Source: Felis catus
Taxonomy: Eukaryota
Direction of reading: 5' to 3'
Length of the DNA stretch: 64,000 nucleotides
Assembly (NCBI RefSeq): GCF_018350175.1
Contig: NC_058369.1
Span: forward strand, 23,190,001 to 23,254,000
Positions 12,607-23,590 of this stretch are shown in pieces; positions within the stretch are counted from its first letter, which is position 1; the number at the start of each line of letters is the position of its first letter. A model generated the notes under the pieces. The model made no database searches and had not been told where the DNA came from. It was given only the letters and a program-made list of their open reading frames with translations. The position numbers and the translations under genes are program-made.

Positions 12607-14549
12607 CACGCCTGCCAACACATGGAAAAAGTTTTAACTCTGGACAGCCCAAACCCCATCATAATGGATCCCTTTATATAACAAACGTTCCCTCTCACTC
12701 CAACCAGATGCCCTTACTGCATGTTACATTGGACACAACAAATTAGACCCAGGATCCCTAGAAATTCATTACGGTGGGATTTGCCCCCAAATCACGTGGC
12801 CTAAGCTCAGTGCCTCCTGTGTTGAAGGTATTCAACAATACCTTTTTTGTTTAATTGGAGCAGTTGAGATTTTCTCCCATTCCCCGCCTAAGCCATATCC
12901 AGTAGCATTGTTTGGTGACCTGATGTGTGAACCGTTTTCTTTCTGAAGTGAGTGAGGTCCGACCTCATCCAGCACAGCCCATGGTGTCGTTGTCCACCCT
13001 AATCCCCGGGGAGAGGCTGCCTGGAGCGTTGTGTTGAGGAGGAGTCCGAAGGGCAGCCAGGCTTATCTGGTGGGAGGCCCCAGTCCATTGGCAGTAGCCC
13101 CTGTGGACTCTGGAGGGGCAGTGGCAAAGAGTGTGTTCGTTGTCCCTGGACCAGATGCAACGTGATGAAAGGGCAACCCTTTGGGTTTGAGTGTATTTAG
13201 CTAATTTTACGAAAGATGTAAAATCATAAAAGGCAATATTGTAAACTCTGCTTTTGAAAGATAAGAAGGTGTAGGTGGTTTTCTCCAGCAACATACACAT
13301 GCATTTGCTCGCACCCAGCCACTGCACACGTCCTTTTTTTCTTTCATCGTGCTCAGCAGATAGCGGCACTGCCTGCCATGCAAATGTTTGTCAGTGCAGC
13401 ATCACGGGGATCGGTTTGTTTCTCGCGTGGATCATTGTCTGGAAAGAACTCATATTTGAACGGCATCATCATCCAACTTTGCTCTAATCTCCCTGGTATT
13501 AATGGAGTTCTGGCCATATCATGTGGATCCCATATGCATGCTTTAAGATGGGATTTATGGTAATAAGTTCAGTAATTAAATATGATTTCAACAAACTTTT
13601 TATCAGGAAAGGATTAACTGGTCAGCTAATTCCAAATGGAACTCAGAATTACTGAAAAGTCTGATTGGGAAACTTACTAATTTAAGGATATTTAAAATAT
13701 AGCTAAGTCTAAAATGCTTTGCCTGTTACCCATTTCCAAGCCACTCGGGGCTGTCTGTTGGGGTGGTAGGAGTTACGTGTTTGTGGTTGAGTATGGGCTC
13801 CTCGTGCTTATTTATTCCAATTGGAGTGGGGCAGAGTCAATAAAACAATCAAACCTGGATCCTCTGCCAGTGAATGAATTGGCTTCCTATTTATCAGCTT
13901 TCTAAAAAGGGATGAAATGGAACCAGACGTCAGAAGTCACCAAGGTAACTTCTCTCTCTCTGCAGCAATGGCAATGAGCAGCTCCCATAAGCACAGTTGA
14001 CTCACAATGCCTTCCTGGTCTTTTATATCCCCTGGTCATGCAGCAAACAGTTTGCCTGCAAATAGTACATCTGATGCACTTTCCAGAGCTGTGGCCACTG
14101 AGAAGGCAGCCAAAACGCTCTTAGAAACGCAGGGCAACCAGTCAGCACTGATCAGCCCGTGACAGTGCAAATGCTCACAGATACAAATCATTTCTGTTCT
14201 TGTCACTGCTGAGACACTGTATTGAATGGTTTCACCAGAAGTGATAGCCAAGGTCAAGTTCCCATAAGCAGGATGGCCCAAGCACATGCCCCAGCATCTC
14301 ACTTGTGAAAATCCAAACCAGATGAATGGTTTTGCAACTGATCCATGATGAGAACATAAGGAATGGCCAAGCCATTTATCTATCTCTGACCCTGAGGCCC
14401 TGGGATACTTAGAAGAGGTTTGGAGTAATGCCAGCCGTTGAGGATTATCTGAACTCATCCATCTGAATGTGATCGATCAGTGGATGTTGACTCTGCCTCG
14501 AGTTTTGCATTTTCTTCCTGGGCAAAAGACGGCAGTGAAGTGGGAGGAA

Positions 14550-14745
14550 CTCAAATTTAGCAACTCTCAGGTTCCCCTTGACTCTTGTCCTGCTACATCC
14601 TAGCTGTGTGGTTTGGACTAAGTCACACAGCCTCTCTGAGCTTCATCTTCTCTTGTAATCCTGCCATAACCATAATGTATGTGTCGCAGCTTTGTTGTCA
14701 GAGTAAATGGGATAATGCATGCAAAAGCCTTGGGTGACAAAGCTG
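14550..14745 (+). mobile_element. MIR
   Basis: tagctgtgtgg…aagtcac…cctctctgagcttca core. Confidence 0.65.
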
Positions 14746-14938
14746 GCCCTGGGACATGGTGGGGACAGTGATGGTTATACCCACATCCTATTTACATTAT
14801 ATGGGCTCTATCGATCTGTGCTCAGCTCCTAGAAAGATTGGGAGAATGTGGTGGTGGTGGATGCTTAGGAGGATCTAAAGGACCCTTTTTGTTTATTCAG
14901 TTGCTTCAGACTGTCATGAGAAACATTGGCGAGGGATT

Positions 14939-14990
14939 GCGTGCGCGCACACACACACACACACACACTCACACACACACACACACACTC
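14939..14990. repeat. (GC)n/(CA)n microsatellite
   Basis: gcgtgcgcgcacacacac… with one ct interruption. Confidence 0.95.
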
Positions 14991-16267
14991 TGTTTTCAAG
15001 GCCAGCTCCAGAAGGCAGGTAGACAACAATCTTACTATGAGGTTCTCTGTGAGCCCTACCAGGTGAGGAGACTAAAGTTCGTGGTTGTTGTTTGTTTTTA
15101 AAGTAGCAGTAAAAATAATACCAGGAGCTGTGGTAAGTGCAGAATGAGAGCTAAGCTAGCTGGGCATCCGTCTGCATGGATGGGATGCCACTGGCTCTGG
15201 CATGAACAAGTGACCTGTCCGTCTCAGTTTTGTTTACCCCAACAAAGGAAGCAGAAAGCTTTCTCCCACCTTCTCTCTAAGCACCAGCCCACTCAGCACA
15301 GAGTAGGGACTCTGGACAGAGCCACTGTTCGTTGCCACTTATTTTGGGTCCTTCTGAAAAACGTAACTTGTGAGCTTGCCTTGGAAGCCTGCTCTCTGCA
15401 CCAGGCCATACATCTGCCCTGCTCAGACTGCTCCCGCATGGCCAAGGACAGCCAGCTGCCAGCAGCCACCCTGGCTAGCTGGGGCAGGGAACAGACTCGT
15501 CTCTCCCCAGCCCAGCCACATAATCGAATCCTTATTCATTCTCCGTGATTCTGGCCAAGGCTGCCAGATTAGCACGGTGGGTGTGAGCGTGGGGTTGTGG
15601 CCAGCACAGGAGGATGGCGCAAGCTCACTTAAAATAACTCCGATTCCCTCTCCATCTGCCACGGGGGCTGTTTCTGCCCCTGTAGCCAGAGGAAAGAAGT
15701 GGGTTTCTCTGAAGCACAATACCAATATTTTTCTAATTTGTCCAATAAAATCTTCCCCTTGAACTTAATGCTCGGCTTGATTTTATCCAGTATTTTCTTT
15801 AATCTTGTGTGAGTTGGGTGTGAATCATGAAGCGTCTCCAAAAACAGCTCAGATATAGGAGCCTTCACTCAGCAGACTTGCTTTGGTTTAATTGGCAAAA
15901 CTGCTAAAATAATACTTTCCTGTTGATAACTGGGCTCTCCCTGGTCTTTCTCCAAGTGTTTCTCAGCCGCTCTATCCTTGCTACCACCTTGTGATTTCTG
16001 ATAGCCTGGCATTCACGCAACAGACGTTACCTGCTGCTAGGTGTGCTGGGTCCCGTGTGGGAGTGGGGGCTGCTGTGTCTGTCTTCAGGTCCCTCTGGGT
16101 GGGGAGTGGGCCAACACCACAGCAAGACGGACTCAAGTTAGACCTTGGGGAATGCTGTTTGAGTAGTTCTTAGACATCTGGAAGTTTTTTTCTGGATCTT
16201 TACCACTCTTTAACATTCAGGTTAAAAATATTTTCAAAGCAGAGTTGCTGTTAGATTTAGTTTTCGT

Positions 16268-16474
16268 GGGGCACCTGGGTGGGCTCAAATCGGTTGAGCA
16301 TCGGACTTCGGCGCAGGTCATGATCTCATGGTTTGTGGGTTTATGCCCCTTGTTGGGCTCTGTGCTAACAGCTCAGAGCCTGGAGCCTGCTTCATATTCT
16401 GTGTCTCCCTCTCTCTCTGCCCCTCTCCTGCTCTCTCTCTCTCTCCGTCTCTCTCTTTCAAAAATAAATAAACA
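16268..16474 (+). mobile_element. Can-SINE with 15-bp target-site duplication
   Basis: ggggcacctgggtgg… body; TTAGATTTAGTTTTC at 16251-16265 and 16475-16489. Confidence 0.96.
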
Positions 16475-17689
16475 TTAGATTTAGTTTTCTTGTGCTTTAT
16501 TTTCCAAATATTTGTGGATTTTTTTTAATGTGGAACCCTGACTATATCTCTTTTTCTCTTGCCCAACAGGGCATTGAGGGGAATAAAACTGAGAAGGTGC
16601 CGCCTTTGACATGACCTGATTTTTGTTGAGATTTTAGCGATCCATCTGCCCCTACATTTTAGACGAAAGGGTCAACTGAGTTGATTTCCTGCCCCAAGGA
16701 GGCCTGGAATGTGGACCTGGTCAAACCACCAAAAGAACACAAATAAGGCTCCTTTCCAGCACCCACAGCACAGGAAGGGCTCCACAGAGAAGCATGGGGC
16801 ACGCAAAATTTAGGACTCCTTTCCACGGAGACCATGTTGACATCTGCCAAAAGCTGTTTGCTCTGGATCTGTGAGCCCAGGAGAAGGGGAAGGATGCTAG
16901 AGCGTTTCTATTCTGTAAGAAAATTTGCCAATCGCATCAGCCACTAGGTGTTGTGGTGGGTGGGACGGGAGGTAGGAATGACAGAGAGAAACCCTCAGCC
17001 GTTCCTTCGGTGTTTGCAGGCATCCACTAAGTTCTAGGCCCGAGCAAGCTGCTTGGGGTGGTTACAAAGACATGTCCCGCCTCCAGGAACTCAAAAATCT
17101 AAAAGGATGGATAAGATTGTATACTCTGGGTGGGTGAGTAACTATAGACACTCCTAGGAAAAAGTGCATTCTTGTGTGTTTGTTACCGTTGTTGTTGGGT
17201 TTTAGTGGGTTTTTCTAACATTCGTTGATGTCTATTATTGTTCTAGTAAGTGTTCTATATGTGTTAAAGCTTTCAATCATTAATTAATTTGATAGGAAAC
17301 TGAGGAGTAGGTGCTGTGGAAAGGCCCAGAGGCTCACAGGGAGGGTGTCTGTGGGGACGATCCTGGGCAGGTGTATAGAGAAGGTAGCCTGGAGTCAGAC
17401 TGCAGATAACTGTACGTGCCAGGCTGAGGAGCTCCAGTTCTCTGTGGGGAAGGCAGATATCCCCATGTGACAGACAGGAAGCTGAGGCCCCAATGATAAA
17501 GTGGTAAGGTGACTAGAAAGTTCCAGAACCAGGAGCCCTAGCCCAGATCAAGTCACATGTGCCGAATTCTCCATTGGTTGGATCTTTAGAAAATGGGAGA
17601 CAGAGCGGTTGGAAGCTGGCAGTGACCAGGAGGCCACATGGATGAATAACATGTTCATCTTCGGACGATTATAGTTAGAATCTGTCTAG

Positions 17690-18028
17690 ACTAGAACTGT
17701 CTAGCAAAAATATAACGCAAGCCACAAACAGAAGCTTCTTATGGAATTTGAAATTTTCCAGTGGCCACATCTAAAAAAAGCAAAAGAGAAACAGGTGAAA
17801 TTAAGTTTAAGAACATGTTTTAGTCAACCCGGTATATCTGAAATCTTATAGTTTCCATAGATAATCCATAAAAAATTATTAAGGCATTATTGTCCATTGT
17901 TTTTCATGCTAGTGTTTGAAATCTGATGTGTATTGTACACTCTCAGAGCGTCTCATGTAGACGAGCCACATTTCAGGTGCTCCAGAGCCACGTGTGACTC
18001 GAAGCTACCGTATGGGACAGCACAGGTC
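17690..18028. mobile_element. MER33/MER3-like hAT-Charlie element
   Basis: aaattttccagtggccacat…aaaagagaaacaggtgaaatt…agccacatttcaggtgctc…agccacgtgtg…ctaccgtatgggacagcacag. Confidence 0.85.
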
Positions 18029-19559
18029 TGGAGTATGACCAGACATTTTGGTCCCTTCTACACATAATGGATGGTAGATCCTCCCCTTTCCTGCAGGTGG
18101 GTTGGAACAAACTCACTACCACCACCATCTCCTATGGCTCTTCCATCCTGGGGGTCTGTGCAAACGGTGGACGGCCAGTTAGCCCCCTCCCCTGTGGCCT
18201 CAGCCCCTCCCTCGCAAGCTGCAGAGTGGAAGCAGGGAGCTGTTCAGAACTCAGGAGCGTGAGGTTGGTGGCCAGGGCAGATGGGCTCCTGGCTTTGGCC
18301 ATGCCGCTCTGGCAGTTGCAGCCGCGTGAGTTCACTCCTAAGCCACGCAGACTTCCTAAACCGAACTGTGAAGCACAGGCCAGTGGGCGGGGGGGTGCGA
18401 GCCGCATTGGCTGAGCCTGAGCTGCCAGATTTTCTAAATCAGAATACTCAGATGCCCCAACCATTTCTGTTGTTCTGTCACCTTGAAGGAGCCCAAATTG
18501 TGCAGATAGCCCTGTCATCTTCCCAACCGATGACAGAAGCTTTCCATGCTCTCTGGGATTCAGTGCTGCTGTCCTAGGCACCGGCTGTCCACAGCCCGAG
18601 GTCTGTCTGATCTCACCAGCCTTTCCCTTGGGTCACCCCTTGACTGTCCCACTCTCGATGTCGATCCTGCTGCTTTGTTCTTGTGGCCACCTGGGCAGTT
18701 CGTTTTTCGTTGTCCTTTTGCCATTGCACAAATAGATGGGCCCTTGCAGAAGGTCATTGAATCCGTGGATCAACATGTGGATGTGCTAATAAATAGAAAC
18801 ATTCTTGTACTGCAGCCCTTTCCTAAAGAATCAAGGGGACATTCCTACAGGCACATGTAAATATATGTGGAATGCTAAGGAGACGGTGCATATTAAACAC
18901 CAGTTTAAATAGGAGCTTAAAAGTTAGGGGTAATATTAGAACCCCTGTCCAGATCCACCTGATCTAGCGTGAGCAGTGGACCATGTGAAGAGATTCTGTA
19001 TCATTCCAAAAAACGTTCATGCGGAGTTCAAATGTGATCTCTCTATCTTTGTGTAGATCTTCGGTTATGCAAGGGCTGACTCCCATCCCACACATCTCCT
19101 GGTTTTATTCTTGTGGATAATCCTTATACCAGAACACCTCAGTGCATTTTCCTTCATTTCTTCTGCCCAGCCACACCTACTCAGTGCAAATACTCAGGGT
19201 TCTTTTTAGTTCAACGGGTGTGGGTGTGGCCTCCCCACACCATCCCCGCCTCGCATGCTGTCGGATCTGGCTCCAAAATGTGCTCCAAGCCCTCCCCCTT
19301 CTCTCTGTCTGTACCCCCTGGTCAGGCCACCGTTCGTTCTGTCTCTCCCAGAGGGCTTCTGTCCCCTTTCTGCTCCACTCTGGGCACCTGGTTTTGCCCG
19401 TCCCTACTGCCTGCTCACTGTGGCATTGTTCACTCTGCACGTCAGGGGCTGCTTTCAGAGACATCAGTCATGGGAGGGCTTCAGATTGGCATGCGGTGTA
19501 AAACCCTAACTCCTGGCTGTGACCGCGGCACCCTGCCAGATCTCACTCCACCTCCCCAT

Positions 19560-19960
19560 CCTGCCTGAGCTTGTGTGGCTTCCCACGGTGCTCACCTGTG
19601 TTCTGGCCACACTCTGGCCCTTTTGTCCGTTCCTCCAGCAACCCAAGCTCCTTCCTGCTCTGAACCCTTCTTGTTCCCGCTCTTCTCTCTACCTGGAATC
19701 TCATCCCAAATACACTCGTGGCTGTTCGGGCTTGTTCTCACCTTCCAGGCCTCATCTAGATGTCACCCCTGCTCCTGGACCAGAGGAGCCACACCCTTCC
19801 TTCATCACCTTTCCATCGTGTCTCTTGCTATAGTTTCTTTAGATCGCTAATCACTTGTGGGAAAGGTTGATGTGTTCAGCTTTTCCCCTACTGTCCCTGT
19901 GGGTTCCTGGGATTTTTCTGCTGCATGGAAAAGATGGTCAGTAACTATTTGTTGAGTCAC
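19560..19960 (+). mobile_element. L2 fragment
   Basis: ctggccacactctggcc…ctctctacctggaat…ccttccaggcctcatctagatgtcacc…tatttgttgag. Confidence 0.55.
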
Positions 19961-20636
19961 TTTGATGGTGTTTGAACGATGTTGGTGATTACATGTGTGG
20001 GTACCAGTTTCCCACGGTCAACGAAAAGTGCAGATACCACCTACTCACCCATCAGACATTTCTCGAGTCCTTCCTGCATCAGGCACAGAAATTGAATTAC
20101 ACGTGATTGGTCAGGCCCTCTGCTCTTTCTGTCCGTCCTTCTGCCCTCCTGCTTGCCCGCAAGCTTTCATCAGATGTTCCTAGAGTCAAGCACCGTGCTA
20201 GCTAGTAGGGGCCTAGAAATAGGTAAAAGGGTGTCTCTGCCCACAGAAGCTCACTGCACAAAGCAAGAGTTCCCCGACAGTGAGGAAGCCAAGAAGAGCT
20301 ATGAGCTCACAGTGGGAGTGTCTGCTTTTCTCAAGGAAAGGTGCCCTGAAATGCAGGAGGGCTTCCCGGAGGAGGTGGCATGCACATCAACTGTATCCAC
20401 AGTCCACCCGAGGGGACATTTTTACCCCACTCAGCCGGGGACCCCACACCCTCCCCAGGACCGCTGTCCTCAGGCCTGGCCAGACACACGACTTCTCTGG
20501 TCTCAGAACCATGCAGTCGCCCGTGAGGGTGTTTGAAGTGGGGGCCTAGCCTAACAAACCTTTCTCCCAAGTGCCGGAATTCCTTCTCAGCCTCCTCGCC
20601 CTCCGCTCAGGCAGCAGATGAACTGAAGGAGACTCC

Positions 20637-20650
20637 CCAGTAGGTGGCGC
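20637..20650 (+). promoter_or_regulatory. CTCF core consensus site (candidate)
   Basis: CCAGTAGGTGGCGC matches CCASYAGRKGGCRS at 14/14, within a locally CpG-rich patch. Confidence 0.6.
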
Positions 20651-22188
20651 CCGGGCACCGCCTTGTGCCGGGTCCCCTCGTGGATGGCGTCCCTGCCAGC
20701 GGCACATTCTCAGAGCGCAGCCCAGGGACTCCGGCTTCCTGGTCTGAATCTATCCCGTTTAGTTTAAAAGAAAGAATTAGGGTTGCCTAGTGAGTGTATC
20801 TGCTCAGAGGAGTGTGTTCTCTGAGAAAAAACGAACAAGGCTGTGTGACCCCCGTGTAGCAAGCCTGTTCGTTTTGAGATACATCATTTGGCCAAAGAGA
20901 AAACAGAGCCCTGCATGGCTTTCCTCTTGATGAAATTGTTGAGGGCACTGTTTGAACCGCCCTGGTCTGGACACTTGAGTGGAAGAAGTGCCGCGAGTGG
21001 GGGATGCTTCTACCTGGAGAGAACCTGGGGGTTATCCCAGGTCGTGGGGTGTCAGAATTTCTGTGGGCTGGGAGCTGCCCTCTGCTGTGCAGACCTCAAG
21101 GACTCGGGCTCTGGGGCCCCAAGTTCTGTGCTGGGTGTGTGTTTGGACACTCAGGGCGTAGATGGGGTTGAGCAGACAGGGACCTGGTGGTAACAATGCA
21201 GCTGTTACTTAGTGGGTCAGGACCCAGGCTCTGGGCCGAGCACCTCCGTGTGTTTTGCCTTCTTAAGTCCTCGTACTGCCCCGCATGACGGTGGTACCCA
21301 TCTCAAAGGGAATAACTGATGCCTAGGTCAAGGACCGTCGGTCAGACAGCAAATTTGGGTCAGTCTTCAGGGGAAAACCAAAGGATGACTATGGACAATG
21401 ACATGTGCCTGGTCATTTTTCGTAAACTTAATTGTGAAGCAGCGTTATAAGGTTCCCTCACAGAATGCAAGTTGGGCTGGAGAGCCTCCCGGCACTCCTG
21501 CAGATGCTTTCCCCCTTTGCCTCTGCCCTCCGGCCGGCCCCGTACACTGCCCTGAACTGAACTCAGCGGGGCTCTTTTGCGCTGGGCAGCGGCTGGGGTT
21601 TGGCTCCTGGGGGGCACCCACTAGAGGTAGAGACAGGCGGGTGGGGTCGGAGTGCACATTCAGCCCTGTGGCCCCGGGACTGGCCGCACCCAATCTAAAG
21701 TCACATTTGCCTCCCTGTCTCTGTGGCTTTCTCTCTCAGGACGTGAACAGTGCCCTTTCCTCTGTCCCTTCAGGAAGAGTGGGAGAAGGGTCCCCGCTAC
21801 TGCTGGCTTCGGGGGACTGCATCATTTCTTCTAGTTTCCCACACCCTGCCCACACCGTTACAATAGCCTCTTTATTAAACCTTCCTTAATTAGCCAGCGT
21901 GACTATGCCATGTGCTTCCTGCTGGGGCCCCACTGATACAAAGGTAAGGGTAGACTGAAGGTTTGTTTTTCTTAAGTCTTTACTCTGCCAAAGAAGGAAG
22001 AGAGAAGGAAGAAGGAAGGTTGGAAGGAGAAGGAAAAAGAAGAACAAGAGACTCTGTCAGTTCCTTGTTTATTCATTCATTCATATTCATTTATGTATTT
22101 ATCTCTCAATGCAGTGGGAACAAAGAGCTTCCCTATACCTTCTGGTAAATTTCCCTTTTACCCAAGTGATTAAGAATTGGTATCTGGT

Positions 22189-22412
22189 GGGGCTCCTGGG
22201 TGCCTCAGTCGGTGAAGCATCTGACTTTGGCTCAGGTCATGATCTCACGATCCGTGAGTTCGAGCCCCGCATTGGGCTCTGTGCTGACAGCTCAGAGCCT
22301 GGAGCCTGCTTTAGAATCTGTGTCTCTCTCCCTCTCTGCCCCTCCCCCACTCTCTCTCTGTCTCTCTCTCTCTCTCAAAAATAAATGTTAAAAAAAAATC
22401 AGAAAAAAGAAA
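22189..22412 (+). mobile_element. Can-SINE (SINEC_Fc-like)
   Basis: Full body with gagttcgagccc B-box; degenerate TSD aagaattggtatctg / aagaatggatatctg. Confidence 0.96.
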
Positions 22413-23044
22413 AAGAATGGATATCTGTTGCTTACAGCAACAGCAGCCTAGCTGCTACAGCAGTGAAATCCCCAAGTCTGGGAGCCTCTGCTGGGTGTGG
22501 CCTGGCCTCAGCTCTCAGGGAACCCACAGTGTGCACCCCTGCCCCCCGCCCCCCTCCCCAAAGAGGTCTCTCCCTGTCCAACCAGGCTTCTTGCATAGGC
22601 CTTTGAGTTTGGTCTCAGCACTACATTATAGAAATATCTGGACACATCTGCCCCTCGCTGCATCTGCACGGCCAGCAACCTGAATGCTGGTCACATTGTG
22701 TTTTGTTCATCCTTGTATATGCACGGCCCCGTGAGGTACCTCACAGAAGAGATGCAATGGTAAATAAGTGGGGAGAGAAGACTCACATCTAGGAAACTGA
22801 TGACACACTATATTATTAGGCACCAGGGTGAAAATACTGATAAGAAGTGGAATTTATAAAAGGACTTGGTGTCTAGCTGTGGAAGGGAAGGGGTGGCTGG
22901 AAAAGGCTGCGGGGAGCCGGTTTGCAGCCTATAAGCCCGAGGTCACAGTCTGTGATCCAGGCCAGCACAGCTGGGAGCAGCAAAGGGCCCTTAGACACCA
23001 GATGCATAACAAGCCCATTCTTGCACTGCTGGAGTGGTGAATCT

Positions 23045-23222
23045 TTCCTCCCGCCCTCCCCCGCTCTCCCCACCCTCCTCCTCCCTCCTCCTTTCCTCTC
23101 TCTCTGGGTCCTTCCCTTCCTTCCTTTCTTCTCTCTTTTCTTTTCCTCCCTCCCTCCCTGCCCTCTCTTCTTCCCTCACCTCCTTTCCCTCTCTCCCCCC
23201 TCCCTCCCATTCCTCCCTCATC
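23045..23222. repeat. Polypyrimidine (CT-rich) low-complexity tract
   Basis: About 180 nt almost only C/T; explains the spurious L/P/S/F and R/G/E ORFs here. Confidence 0.9.
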
Positions 23223-23224
23223 TG

Positions 23225-23590
23225 GCCTGTATTCATTGGACGCACTCTATTAGAGGCTGGGGATCTAGTGATAAAATGAGACGGACGTAATTCCCCTTCG
23301 CTACCCATTTACAATCTCATGGGCATTTTTTAAAGTTCATAAGTAAACAAATAAATAAAAAGTACTATGCATTTCGGATAAACTCTCCGAAAGAAACAAG
23401 GCTCTGAGAAAACAGAAAGTAGGGAGAGGCACCTCCCTTGGTTGGATGGTCGGGGAGAGCCCTTCCTGGGAATGGCTTGTTACACTGAGCCCCTGAGGGA
23501 GGAAAGAGAATCACTGTGCAGAGATGTTGGAGGCTCTTTCAGGCTGAGGGAAGAGGGTCAGCAAAGACGCTGAGGTGTGGCGTGTTGAGT
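23225..23590 (-). mobile_element. L2 3' fragment
   Basis: tattcattggacgcac…gctggggatctag…tttacaatct…caggctgagggaagagg..cagcaaagacgctgaggtg. Confidence 0.6.

Noticed and set aside
18097..18414. Strong-looking acceptor (cccctttcctgcag) inside ORF 18067..18414
   Set aside because: No convincing paired donor found and the translation has no alpha2delta-like or other recognisable content
22189..22270. tRNA-like A/B boxes (also in the other SINEs)
   Set aside because: These are the tRNA-derived heads of Can-SINEs, not tRNA genes
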